Assembly: GCA_040757295.1 (NCBI GenBank)
Contig: JBFLXH010000005.1
Span: forward strand, 7,014 to 71,013
DNA: 64,000 bases
Direction: 5' to 3'
Source: Bacillota bacterium
Lineage (GTDB): Bacteria > Bacillota > PH28-bin88
The notes beneath the pieces were generated by a model, which saw only the letters and a list, made by a program, of their open reading frames with translations, did no database searches and was not told the DNA's origin. The stretch's first letter is position 1. The number at the start of each line of letters is the position of its first letter. Both the position numbers and the translations under genes were made by a program. Below, piece by piece: positions 1 to 8,925 of this stretch.

Positions 1-1610
1 TTTACCGCCTCTTTATCTTGAGGCTCTGCCTTGTCAGCCAGTTCCTTTAGAGTGCGTTCTGCCTGGTAGACCAGGGAATCCCCTTGGTTCCTGGCCTCGA
101 TGGCTTCTTTCCGCTTTTTGTCCTCCTCCGCATGGAGCTCGGCATCCTTCATCATCCGCTCTATTTCCGTTTCGTTTAACCCGCTGGATGCGGTGATGGT
201 GATGGCCTGCTGTTTGCCCGTACCAAGGTCTTTGGCAGTGACATGCACTATTCCGTTGGCATCGATATCAAACTTAACTTCGATTTGAGGAATACCTCTA
301 GGAGCAGGGGGGATGCCGGTTAACTGGAAGCGCCCCAAAGTTTTGTTGTCTCCTGCCATGGCCCGCTCTCCCTGGAGCACATGGATCTCCACCGTGGTCT
401 GGTTATCCGCCGCAGTAGAAAAAATCTGGCTCTTAGAAGTGGGAATAGTGGTATTCCTTTCAATCAGCTTGGTGAATACCCCTCCCAGGGTTTCGATCCC
501 CAGAGAAAGGGGAGTTACATCCAAAAGCAAGACATCTTTGACCTCTCCGGCTAACACTCCGGCCTGGATGGCTGCCCCCAGAGCCACACACTCATCTGGG
601 TTAATCCCTTTATGGGGCTCTTTGCCTGTGAGCCGTTTTACTGTTTGTTGGACAAGGGGCACCCTGGTTGATCCCCCTACCAGAAGCACCCGGTCAATGT
701 CTTCGGGTTTCATTCCTGCATCAGCCATAGCCTGCCTGGTCGGGCCTTCAGTTTTAGCCACCAGGTCGGCGATTAATTCCTCAAATTTAGCCCTTGTCAA
801 GGTAAGATCCAAATGCTGGGGACCGTCTTGGGTTGCCGTAATAAACGGCAAATTAATATTAGTGCTGGTTACTGAAGACAGCTCGTGCTTGGCCTTTTCT
901 GCCGCCTCTTTCAACCGCTGCATGGCAATCTTGTCTTTTGCAAGGTCAACGCCATGGGATTTTTTAAATTCAGCCACCATCCATCCGATGACCCGCTCAT
1001 CAAAGTCATCGCCACCCAGCCGGTTATTGCCGCTGGTTGCTTTTACTTCAAACACCCCGTCTCCCAGCTCCAGGATGGATACGTCAAAGGTACCTCCGCC
1101 CAGGTCATAAACCAGGATGGTATGGTCCTCTCCCTTATCCAACCCGTAGGCCAACGCAGCCGCCGTAGGTTCGTTAATAATCCGGAGGACTTCCAAGCCA
1201 GCGATTCTCCCGGCATCCTTGGTAGCTTGCCGTTGGCTGTCGGTAAAATAAGCCGGCACAGTGATCACAGCCTGGGTAACTTTTTCTCCCAGGTAAGCTT
1301 CGGCGTCGGCTTTCAGCTTCTGTAAAATCATTGCGGAGATCTCCTGGGGAGTATAAGCCTTTTCATCGATCTTGACTTTATGGTCTGAGCCCATATGGCG
1401 CTTGATAGAGATTACTGTCCTGTCCGGGTTGGTAATGGCCTGTCTTTTGGCAACTTGCCCCACCATCCGTTCTCCGTTTTTGGCAAAACCAACTACCGAT
1501 GGGGTGGTGCGAGCGCCTTCCGCGTTAGGTATTACTACGGCCTCTCCGCCTTCCATCACAGCCACACAGGAATTAGTGGTTCCCAGGTCAATTCCGATAA
1601 CCTTTCCCAT
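1..1610 (-). CDS. dnaK: Molecular chaperone DnaK (Hsp70), 3'-truncated by the window edge. The N-terminus [14 protein letters not shown] is encoded at 1610 downward.
   Basis: Minus-strand ORF from ATG at 1608-1610 preceded by AGGAGG. The N-terminal Hsp70 motif is present. The ORF runs off the window start. The plus-strand ORFs 313-1325 are antisense artefacts. Confidence 0.9.
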   Translation of the reverse strand, partial: MGKVIGIDLGTTNSCVAVMEGGEAVVIPNAEGARTTPSVVGFAKNGERMVGQVAKRQAITNPDRTVISIKRHMGSDHKVKIDEKAYTPQEISAMILQKLKADAEAYLGEKVTQAVITVPAYFTDSQRQATKDAGRIAGLEVLRIINEPTAAALAYGLDKGEDHTILVYDLGGGTFDVSILELGDGVFEVKATSGNNRLGGDDFDERVIGWMVAEFKKSHGVDLAKDKIAMQRLKEAAEKAKHELSSVTSTNINLPFITATQDGPQHLDLTLTRAKFEELIADLVAKTEGPTRQAMADAGMKPEDIDRVLLVGGSTRVPLVQQTVKRLTGKEPHKGINPDECVALGAAIQAGVLAGEVKDVLLLDVTPLSLGIETLGGVFTKLIERNTTIPTSKSQIFSTAADNQTTVEIHVLQGERAMAGDNKTLGRFQLTGIPPAPRGIPQIEVKFDIDANGIVHVTAKDLGTGKQQAITITASSGLNETEIERMMKDAELHAEEDKKRKEAIEARNQGDSLVYQAERTLKELADKAEPQDKEAV

Positions 1611-1642
1611 TTCCACAATACCTCCTAGTTTTCACAGATATG

Positions 1643-2272
1643 TTATTCCCTGGTTTGCAAAGCTTTTGCTACTTTAACCATTGCCGTACGGAGCACTTTT
1701 TCTTTCAGCAAATAGCCCTTAAGCACCTGTTCTATTATTTTATTATCTTCATGATCTTCTGTTTCTACTTGCATCACGGCATGGTGGGTTTCCGGGTTAA
1801 AAGGATGGCCAACGGTTTCCATAGCCATTAGCCCCTGCTTTTCCAAAATACCCAATAATTGCCGGTAAATCATATCGACCCCATTAATAAAGGAGGAAAG
1901 TTCTCCCCCTTTGGCTGCAGCCTCAAGGGCCCGCTCCAAATTATCCAATACAGGCAACAGTTCAGCAATTAACTTTTCTGTCGCATAATTGACCAGTTCT
2001 TCCTGTTCGCGGCGGACACGGCGCCGGTAATTCTCGAAGTCCGCCTGCAGCCGCTGTAATCTATTAAACAGGGCTGCCGCTTCCTCGGTTTTTTCCGCTA
2101 ACTTGCTGGCCAGCTGTTCCTCTGGTCTGCCCGCCGCCTGTTCTTCCAGCCTGGATTGAGCTTCGATGTTTTCCGCTCCGTTCTCTGCTTCCTGGCGAGC
2201 CTCTTGTTCTCTTCTTTCCTGCACTTCCTGAGGGTGGCAATTTTTATCTTCATGGCGATTTTCATTGGTCAT
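1643..2272 (-). CDS. grpE: Nucleotide exchange factor GrpE
   Basis: Acidic N-terminus and the GrpE motif LLPVLDNLERAL. ATG at 2270-2272 sits 11 nt after AAAGAGG. An upstream in-frame GTG (2284) overlaps the RBS. Located between dnaK and the chaperonin gene. Confidence 0.85.
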   Translation of the reverse strand: MTNENRHEDKNCHPQEVQERREQEARQEAENGAENIEAQSRLEEQAAGRPEEQLASKLAEKTEEAAALFNRLQRLQADFENYRRRVRREQEELVNYATEKLIAELLPVLDNLERALEAAAKGGELSSFINGVDMIYRQLLGILEKQGLMAMETVGHPFNPETHHAVMQVETEDHEDNKIIEQVLKGYLLKEKVLRTAMVKVAKALQTRE

Positions 2273-2298
2273 GACCAGTCTCACCTCTTTTCAAAAGG

Positions 2299-3858
2299 CT
2301 ATTCCAAATCCATCTTTTTGGAGCTGTTTTCTTCCTTCATTTTGATAATGGTGTCAATTCGCAAAATGGCTTCAGAAACTTCAGCCGCCGTTTTTAACGC
2401 ATAAATCTTCACCAAGACAGGATCGGTAATACCAAGGGAATACATATTTGCCACTTCACCGGTGTCGCAATTAAGGGCAAAGGCCGGAGATTTATGCTCG
2501 GACTGGGCAGCCAGCACATCCCCCAGCTTTTCTAAGGGGTTAAAACCCGCATTGACTACAATCTGAGCAAAAGGCCTTTGCAGAGCTGTTACCACGCAAT
2601 CAACCCCATAAGCGGCCATTCCCCGCATTTCCGCTTTTACTCTTTCAACCTCCCTGGCAGCAGCCAGCTCAATGGATCCCCCGCCTGGCACAATGCCGGA
2701 TTTTACCGCGGCCTGGACTGAGGCAGCCGCATCTTTGGCGATCCGCTCACGTTCACCCACCACCTCTTCAGTGGCAGCTCCCACCAGAATGGTAGCCATG
2801 GGTTTGCCTGACCCGCCAATAATCCGGACATGCTCCAGTTTCTCGTCTAACAAGACCACTTTTGCAGACCCTAAGAATCTTGCTAATTCGGCAGGTGTCC
2901 TTCTTAAACCGGTGCGCTTGACGGCCCGAGCTCCCGTATGTTCTGCGGCCTTCACCAGTTCTTTGTGAGAAACCCGCTGGACCACCATTACTCCCGCATC
3001 AGTCAGCATTTCCTCTGCTTCGTCGTCCACCCCGCGGTCAACCAGTATTACCTTCACTCCGAGAGCAATGACTTTCTGCAGGTTTGACCTGAATTCTTCC
3101 CGCAGGGCAAGGTACCGCTGAAACCCTGTTTCGGTGGCCAAGGCTTCTTCCTCCACGGTCTCTGGTTCAAGGGCGTCATCTACAACCAGCACGGGTGCAT
3201 CAGTTACCTCCCGCGGCATATCCTTGTTCATAGTTTCTTTATTAATGATTAGTCCCTGAAAAACCATATTGGCTGCCGCAGCCTGGGCTACTACCGCTTC
3301 GGCCAACTGGAATTTGGGTTCCAACAGTTTTTCTTTGCCGATGAGCTTGGCGGCTTCCACTACCAGGTTAGCAATATCCTGGTACTCCCGTCCGGCAACC
3401 AAGGCAACCTCCAAGAGCCTGGGATCCTCTATTGTGTCTACAGGCTTTGCAACCTCATTAAAGTATTCGATGGCCCTTTTTACCCCTGCCCTGATCCCCT
3501 CGATTACCCGGGCCACAGGAACACCCTTAATCACCTGTTCCAAACCGCTGTTGACAAGGGCTCCGGCCATAATCGTGGTTGTAGTGGTGCCATCACCAAT
3601 CTCATCCTGTTGGGCTTTGGCGGCGTTGATCAGCATCCTGGCAGCAGGATGATTGACCTCCATCAAATTAAGGATGGTCACACCATCATTGGTAATGACC
3701 ACCTCGCCAAAGCGATCTACTAACATGGTATCCAAACCTTTAGGGCCGATGGTGCCTTCCACAGCCGAAGCAATCGCCCTAATGGCATTGGCATTGGTGA
3801 TAAGGGCGGCTAACCGCTCGTCTACCTCTGCGTTTTGGTTAACCTGTTTCACACTCAT
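2299..3858 (-). CDS. Group II-like (thermosome/TCP-1 type, bacterial 'group III') chaperonin, 519 aa
   Basis: GPKGLDTMLVD...VITNDGVTIL...NHPAARML...AKAQQDEIGDGTTTT matches the group II Cpn60/TCP-1 signature, not GroEL. Embedded between hrcA and grpE with a 26-nt gap to grpE and no separate terminator. Confidence 0.8.
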   Translation of the reverse strand: MSVKQVNQNAEVDERLAALITNANAIRAIASAVEGTIGPKGLDTMLVDRFGEVVITNDGVTILNLMEVNHPAARMLINAAKAQQDEIGDGTTTTTIMAGALVNSGLEQVIKGVPVARVIEGIRAGVKRAIEYFNEVAKPVDTIEDPRLLEVALVAGREYQDIANLVVEAAKLIGKEKLLEPKFQLAEAVVAQAAAANMVFQGLIINKETMNKDMPREVTDAPVLVVDDALEPETVEEEALATETGFQRYLALREEFRSNLQKVIALGVKVILVDRGVDDEAEEMLTDAGVMVVQRVSHKELVKAAEHTGARAVKRTGLRRTPAELARFLGSAKVVLLDEKLEHVRIIGGSGKPMATILVGAATEEVVGERERIAKDAAASVQAAVKSGIVPGGGSIELAAAREVERVKAEMRGMAAYGVDCVVTALQRPFAQIVVNAGFNPLEKLGDVLAAQSEHKSPAFALNCDTGEVANMYSLGITDPVLVKIYALKTAAEVSEAILRIDTIIKMKEENSSKKMDLE

Positions 3859-3896
3859 TCAGCTTTTTCTCACTTCCTTATAAACATTCCGGTTAG

Positions 3897-4928
3897 TTAC
3901 AGCATTTGCTTTATAGCGCGGGAAAGGGCCGCAGCTACAAATTCCACCAAACTGACCGCCTTGGCATAGTCCATGCGGGTTGGGCCAATCAGGCCTACAG
4001 TCCCCAGCAGTTGGCCATCAAGCTGGTAGGTTGTTGTAACCAAGCTGCATTCGGAAATCCCTTCATGATTATTCTCCCCGCCAATCCGGATATTTAATCC
4101 AATATTGCCAGGATGCTCTAGGAGATCCCGCAGCACTTTGCCTTCCTCCAGAATGGACAGCAAACTCTTGATTTTAGTAATATCCTTAAATTCTGGCTGA
4201 TTAAGGATATTAAGGGTGCCTCCCAAAAAAATCCTGTCATCCTTATTATCTGACGTCAACTGCTCCAAGGCCTCCAAAACCGTGCTGGCCAGCTTCTTTT
4301 GGAAAGACAGTTCAGACAGGATTTCATCAAAGGTATCCTCTTTCAACTGCTCCAATGCCAAGCCTTTTAGCTTGCTGTTTAATACTCTGGATACCCGCTC
4401 CAGATCATGCTCTGTTATCCCCGGGTGAATATCCAAGACCTGGTGTTCAACCACCCTGGTATTTGTGATTACTACCAAAAGGGCTTTTGTTGGCTCCACC
4501 TGCAGAAGCTGGATACGCTGGAAAGTGCTTCGGCCCATGGATGGAGCCAGAATAACAGCAGTTTGATGTGTCATTAATGATAAAAGATTTGTAGAGCGCT
4601 GGATTAAATCCTCAATCTCAGTCATCTTCTGGGCAAATCGCTCTTGAATATACTCCCGCTCCTGAGGAGTGAGACAATACTTTTCCATCAAACAATCCAC
4701 ATAGTAACGATAACCCCTATTAGAAGGGATGCGTCCTGCTGAAGTATGGGGTTGCTCGATGTAGCCCAATTCTTCCAAGTCAGCCATCTCATTGCGGATG
4801 GTAGCGGGACTGACGCCAAGGTTATACTTCCGGGCAATGGTGCGGGATCCTACAGGCTCAGCGGTAAACACATAATCATTGACAATAGCTGCCAGCACTT
4901 TTTTCTTCCGCTCGTCAAGACCCATCAT
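3897..4928 (-). CDS. hrcA: Heat-inducible transcription repressor HrcA
   Basis: N-terminus MMGLDERKKKVLAAIVNDYV, HrcA family. ATG at 4926-4928 lies 4 nt after AGGAGGTG. The CIRCE operator is immediately upstream. Confidence 0.85.
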   Translation of the reverse strand: MMGLDERKKKVLAAIVNDYVFTAEPVGSRTIARKYNLGVSPATIRNEMADLEELGYIEQPHTSAGRIPSNRGYRYYVDCLMEKYCLTPQEREYIQERFAQKMTEIEDLIQRSTNLLSLMTHQTAVILAPSMGRSTFQRIQLLQVEPTKALLVVITNTRVVEHQVLDIHPGITEHDLERVSRVLNSKLKGLALEQLKEDTFDEILSELSFQKKLASTVLEALEQLTSDNKDDRIFLGGTLNILNQPEFKDITKIKSLLSILEEGKVLRDLLEHPGNIGLNIRIGGENNHEGISECSLVTTTYQLDGQLLGTVGLIGPTRMDYAKAVSLVEFVAAALSRAIKQML

Positions 4929-4942
4929 TCCCCACCTCCTTG

Positions 4943-4969
4943 TTAGCACTCCATCCTCATGAGTGCTAA
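4943..4969 (-). promoter_or_regulatory. CIRCE operator (HrcA binding site), TTAGCACTC-N9-GAGTGCTAA
   Basis: Perfect 9-bp inverted repeat with a 9-bp spacer, directly downstream of the -10 box and upstream of the hrcA RBS. Confidence 0.85.
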
Positions 4970-4980
4970 TGCCTAATTAA

Positions 4981-5009
4981 AAAATATCACTAGCTCCTTT
5001 TTTTGTCAA
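4981..5009 (-). promoter_or_regulatory. SigA-type promoter of the hrcA-chaperonin-grpE-dnaK operon (-35 TTGACA, 17 nt, -10 TATTTT)
   Basis: On the minus strand: TTGACA (5004-5009), a 17-nt spacer, TATTTT (4981-4986), then CIRCE. Confidence 0.5.
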
Positions 5010-5011
5010 GA

Positions 5012-6154
5012 CTAAGGAAGAGTTAACAAGAACTTCTGAAATGCCTCGTTGGCCAAAGGAAGACCCTGTCTGGTCAGGCGAAACCTTCCCCGATGTTTTT
5101 CAATTAAACCCAAGGTCATCAGCTTCGCCAACTGGCTGCCGTATACTTGCTCAAAGGGGACGCCGAAACGATGCTGAAAATCCATGGGGTGGTAGCCTTC
5201 CAAGAGCCTTAAACCCAAAAAAACGGTTTCAGCCATCTCAATTTCCGGCGGCAATGACTCCTTCTCCCCCACCGGCAATACTCCGCTGTTTACCATAACC
5301 AGGTAGGCATCCAGGTCTTTGGTGTTGGTCCAGCGCATCGACCCAAAATGGGAGGAGGCAGCTACACCTAAACCCAGGTACTCTTGGTTGCGCCAATAAA
5401 GGAGGTTATGTACAGATCTAAAACCTGGACGGGCAAAGTTGGATATTTCATAATGCAGGTATCCGGCTCCCGTCAAAGTATGAATGGTTAGTTCATGCAT
5501 GTTAAGAACAGTCTCTTCTTCAGGCAGAGACAGCAATCCCATTTTAAATTGATCTTCCCACAGGGTGCCTTCCTCCAGCTTTAATCCATAAGCCGCCAAG
5601 TGCTCCGGCTCCAAAGCAACCGCCCAGTTCAGGGTGTCCTGCCAGTCTTCCAGGCTTTGACCAGGCAACCCATACATCAAGTCAAGGTTAATATTAGCAA
5701 ATCCCGCTTTTCTGGCCGCTCTTACAGTTATTTCAGTGTCCCGGGAGTTATGCGCCCGGCCCAGAAAGGATAAAAGCCGGTCCTGGCGGGCCTGGGCGCC
5801 AATAGACAAGCGGTTAAAGCCAGCTTGCCTCAGGGTTTCCAGTTGAGACTGTTCAATTGTAGCCGGATTGGCTTCCATGGTGATTTCCGCATCCGGTACC
5901 AGTTCAATCAACCCCATGATGCCAGTCAGGATCTCCGCCAACTGTTGCGGGCCTAAGAGGCTGGGAGTACCTCCGCCAAAATAAACCGAGACAGCCCTCC
6001 GTCCTGTTACAGCAGGATGATATAAAGCGAGTTCGGCGATTAGTCCCTGCCCGTAAGCCTGGTACCTGTTTTCCTCAGTTGGAAAGGAAATAAAATCACA
6101 GTAATTGCATTTTTGCCGGCAAAAAGGGACATGCAGATAGACGCCAAAATCCAT
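5012..6154 (-). CDS. hemW: Radical SAM heme chaperone HemW/HemN-like (oxygen-independent coproporphyrinogen III oxidase family)
   Basis: N-terminal CxxxCxxC radical-SAM motif (VPFCRQKCNYCDF). AAAGGAG lies 7 nt before the ATG at 6154. The position between lepA and hrcA matches B. subtilis. Confidence 0.85.
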   Translation of the reverse strand: MDFGVYLHVPFCRQKCNYCDFISFPTEENRYQAYGQGLIAELALYHPAVTGRRAVSVYFGGGTPSLLGPQQLAEILTGIMGLIELVPDAEITMEANPATIEQSQLETLRQAGFNRLSIGAQARQDRLLSFLGRAHNSRDTEITVRAARKAGFANINLDLMYGLPGQSLEDWQDTLNWAVALEPEHLAAYGLKLEEGTLWEDQFKMGLLSLPEEETVLNMHELTIHTLTGAGYLHYEISNFARPGFRSVHNLLYWRNQEYLGLGVAASSHFGSMRWTNTKDLDAYLVMVNSGVLPVGEKESLPPEIEMAETVFLGLRLLEGYHPMDFQHRFGVPFEQVYGSQLAKLMTLGLIEKHRGRFRLTRQGLPLANEAFQKFLLTLP

Positions 6155-6191
6155 ATGATACTCCTTTTTGAAATAATTATAAACCTAGTAT

Positions 6192-6221
6192 AACACAAAT
6201 AAGGACTGCATTTTGCAGTCC
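6192..6221 (-). terminator. Intrinsic terminator/attenuator hairpin (GGACUGC-AAAAU-GCAGUCC + UUAUUUGUGUU) 45 nt upstream of the hemW start codon
   Basis: 7-bp perfect GC-rich stem 6203-6209/6215-6221 with a U-rich tail on the minus strand. It sits between an upstream promoter (6438-6467) and the hemW RBS. Confidence 0.5.
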
Positions 6222-6437
6222 AAAAGCTCCCACTTTGCCGTTTACCGAGGGTTTCTGAACCTGCCCCAGCAGGTGGGTATCCTACCAGCAGCTTTTGTCT
6301 ACCGAGCAAAGTCGGCCTGACAGCCACTTCCGGACACGGATTCCCGTAGAAACGGTGTTGGTTCAAAACACAAACGGTTCAACACGAACATCGCAGGATA
6401 TAATCTTTTTTTGCCCTTCAATCTACCGGGCAAAGCT

Positions 6438-6467
6438 ATCATACTATGATCCGGCTCCCGGTGTCAA
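6438..6467 (-). promoter_or_regulatory. SigA-type promoter (-35 TTGACA, 18 nt, -10 TATGAT) driving a ~220-nt leader toward hemW
   Basis: Minus-strand TTGACA (6462-6467) and TATGAT (6438-6443). Confidence 0.4.
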
Positions 6468-6499
6468 AGGGAAATTATTAGGAAAGGAAATCTAGGTGT

Positions 6500-6908
6500 T
6501 CAGTAGTCAGACCCCCTCGCCGCCTATAGCGGCACCATCGAAAGAGGAAAATTTTATTTTCAGGGTAGAATTCAAAATACCTCGGGGGATAATCGGATGC
6601 ATTGGTGATTACCGGAGTAAAACATTACGGCGCATTAGTTCAAAGAGCGAAGAAGCCTGAGGATAAGCCGCAGCCGGTGTTTGAGGGCCTTTAGGCCCGA
6701 GTTCCAGTGCGGCATGAATACCCGCAAGGGGCAGGCCGTCCGGCTAAGGCGGCAAAGCCGCCAAGCCTCCCGCACGGCGACTGAGCTCGTTCGGGAATAA
6801 GAGCGCCGTCCTTTACGGAGGTAACACCAAGGCAGCCAAGCAGCTTTCCTAAAAACCTGGGGACTTCTTTCTCCCCTTCTGACTTCTGACTTCTGACCAC
6901 TGACTACT
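6500..6908 (+). repeat. Structured non-coding repeat element, copy A (~410 bp), abutting the lepA stop codon
   Basis: About 88% identical to the reverse complement of 43023-43460. Flanked by an inverted repeat (GTAGTCAG ... CTGACTAC) and by TTCTGAC x3 heptamers. Contains conserved hairpins (GGCGGC-AAA-GCCGCC, CCCGCAAGGG with a GNRA loop) and has no credible ORF. Confidence 0.6.
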
Positions 6909-6910
6909 TA

Positions 6911-8722
6911 TCATTTATCTACTTGCAGCACAGCCATAAAGGCTTCCTGGGGAATTTCCACATTTCCTACCTGCTTCATCCGGCGCTTTCCTTCTTTTTG
7001 TTTTTCCAAGAGCTTCCGCTTACGGGTTACATCTCCGCCATAGCACTTTTCCAAGACGTTTTTCCGCATCGCCTTGACCGTATCCCGGGCGATAACCTTA
7101 TTCCCAATAGCAGCCTGGATAGGTATTTCAAAAAGGTGCCGGGGAATCAGTTCCCGCAGCTTTTCCGTCAGAGATCTGCCCCGGTGATAAGCTCTGTCCC
7201 CGTGAACAATACAAGACAAGGCGTCCACCACTTCTCCGGCAATAAGGATATCCAGCTTAACCAACTGGGATTCCCGGTAGCCAATTAACTCGTAATCCAT
7301 AGAGGCATAACCTCTGGTGCGAGATTTGAGGATATCAAAAAAGTCATAAATGATCTCACTTAGGGGCAATTCATATTCCAACATAACTCTTTTTTCCGAC
7401 AGGTATTCCATATTAGAGAACTGCCCGCGCCGGTCCTGGGCAAGTTCCATTACCGATCCCACATAGTCAGTAGGTACCATGATCGTGGATTTTACATAGG
7501 GCTCTTCCATCTTTTCAATGAAGTTTGGCAGCGGCAGGGCTGCAGGGTTATCAACCTCCAAGACTTCACCGTCAGTTTTCGTAACCCGGTAAATTACGTT
7601 GGGCGCTGTGGTTATTAGCTCCAGCTTGTATTCCCGCTCCAACCGCTCCTGGATTATTTCCATATGCAAAAGGCCCAAAAACCCGCAGCGGAAACCAAAG
7701 CCCAGGGCCAAAGAAGATTCCGGTTCAAAAACCAAAGAAGCGTCATTAAGTTTTAGTTTTTCCAAGGCATCCCGCAAATCTTCATACTGAGCCGTGTCTA
7801 CCGGATAAAGGCCGCAGAATACCATTGGCGTAACCCGGCGGTATCCCGGCAAAGGTAGGGCTGCCGGTGTCTTCCCACCGGTAATCGTATCCCCAACGCT
7901 GGTGTCTTTGACATTTTTGATACTGGCAGTCAAAAAACCTACTTCCCCTGCCGACAAGGATTCTGCTTGCCGCATGGCCGGTGTGAAAACCCCAACTTCA
8001 TTTACCTCAAAGGTTTTACCCGTGGACATCATTTTTATTTCCATACCCTTTTTTAAGCTGCCTTCAACTAAACGCACGTAAGGCACGGCGCCACGGTAGG
8101 AATCAAAATGAGAATCAAAAATAAGGGCCCTGAGCGGAGCCTCAGCGGCCCCAGTTGGAGGAGGAATTCTCCGCACGATAGCCTCCAAGATTTCCACTGT
8201 ACCGAGCCCGGTCTTGGCTGAGGCCAGAATAGCATCGGAAGCATCCAATCCAATAACGTCTTCAATTTCCCGCTTCACCCGCTCTGGGTCTGCGCTAGGC
8301 AGGTCTATTTTGTTAATAATAGGAATTATCTCCAGGTCGTGCTCCATGGCCAGGTAGACGTTAGCCAGGGTCTGAGCCTCAATCCCCTGGGAAGCGTCCA
8401 CTACCAGCAGGGCCCCTTCACAGGCAGCAAGGCTGCGGGATACTTCATAGGTAAAATCAACATGACCGGGTGTATCAATCAAATTCAATACATAATCCAG
8501 CCCGTCTTTGGCACGGTAGTTCAATCTAACAGCCTGTAACTTAATGGTAATCCCCCGCTCCCGCTCCAGGTCCATCTGATCCAATACCTGTTCAGCCATT
8601 TCCCGGGAAGAAAGGGCGCCGGTGAATTCAAGCAGGCGGTCAGCCAGGGTTGATTTTCCATGGTCAATATGGGCAATGATGCAAAAATTCCGGATAAACT
8701 GTTGTCCCCGAGCACCGCTCAT
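6911..8722 (-). CDS. lepA: Elongation factor 4 (LepA)
   Basis: [17 protein letters not shown] GTPase N-terminus, 603 aa, double stop TGATAA. Confidence 0.9.
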   Translation of the reverse strand: MSGARGQQFIRNFCIIAHIDHGKSTLADRLLEFTGALSSREMAEQVLDQMDLERERGITIKLQAVRLNYRAKDGLDYVLNLIDTPGHVDFTYEVSRSLAACEGALLVVDASQGIEAQTLANVYLAMEHDLEIIPIINKIDLPSADPERVKREIEDVIGLDASDAILASAKTGLGTVEILEAIVRRIPPPTGAAEAPLRALIFDSHFDSYRGAVPYVRLVEGSLKKGMEIKMMSTGKTFEVNEVGVFTPAMRQAESLSAGEVGFLTASIKNVKDTSVGDTITGGKTPAALPLPGYRRVTPMVFCGLYPVDTAQYEDLRDALEKLKLNDASLVFEPESSLALGFGFRCGFLGLLHMEIIQERLEREYKLELITTAPNVIYRVTKTDGEVLEVDNPAALPLPNFIEKMEEPYVKSTIMVPTDYVGSVMELAQDRRGQFSNMEYLSEKRVMLEYELPLSEIIYDFFDILKSRTRGYASMDYELIGYRESQLVKLDILIAGEVVDALSCIVHGDRAYHRGRSLTEKLRELIPRHLFEIPIQAAIGNKVIARDTVKAMRKNVLEKCYGGDVTRKRKLLEKQKEGKRRMKQVGNVEIPQEAFMAVLQVDK

Positions 8723-8746
8723 TTTTTAGCTCCCTTCAAATTGCAT

Positions 8747-8775
8747 ACTTCAAACTATTATAGCATTCCCTGTTG
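8747..8775 (-). promoter_or_regulatory. SigA-type promoter upstream of lepA (-35 TTGTTC, 17 nt, -10 TATAAT)
   Basis: Minus-strand TTGTTC (8770-8775) and TATAAT (8747-8752), about 25 nt upstream of the lepA RBS. Confidence 0.5.
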
Positions 8776-8805
8776 AAGGGAACAACTTAGCTACAGATTT
8801 AAGAT

Positions 8806-8925
8806 AAAAGTACTACTAGGAGTCAGAAGTCAGGAGCCAGAATGAAAGAGCGGTTTATCGTCTCGGGGCATTTTTGAATTCTGTCTACTGACTTCTGAAT
8901 ACCTGAATAGTAACAGATAAAAAGT
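8806..8925. repeat. Short (~120 bp) member/fragment of the same repeat family, with imperfect terminal inverted repeats (GAGTCAGAAGTCAG ... CTGACTTCTGAAT)
   Basis: Matches one end of the 410-bp elements (AGGAGTCAGAA ... ATTTTTGAATTCTG ... CTGAATAGTAACAG). Sits 1 nt after the murJ stop. Confidence 0.5.

Noticed and set aside
313-1677. Plus-strand ORFs 313-1110, 885-1325, 1372-1677 (and similar antisense ORFs inside hrcA, the chaperonin gene, comEC, leuS, rng and others)
   Set aside because: They are entirely antisense to well-supported conserved genes, have no RBS, and have low-complexity composition.
6500-6908. Repeat elements A/B as tmRNA, RNase P RNA, SRP RNA, 6S RNA, OLE RNA or group II intron remnant
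   Set aside because: No tRNA-like ends, tag ORF, P4 helix, GGAA-tetraloop domain IV or domain V consensus. There are two copies in inverted orientation plus fragments, which argues for a dispersed repeat rather than a housekeeping RNA.
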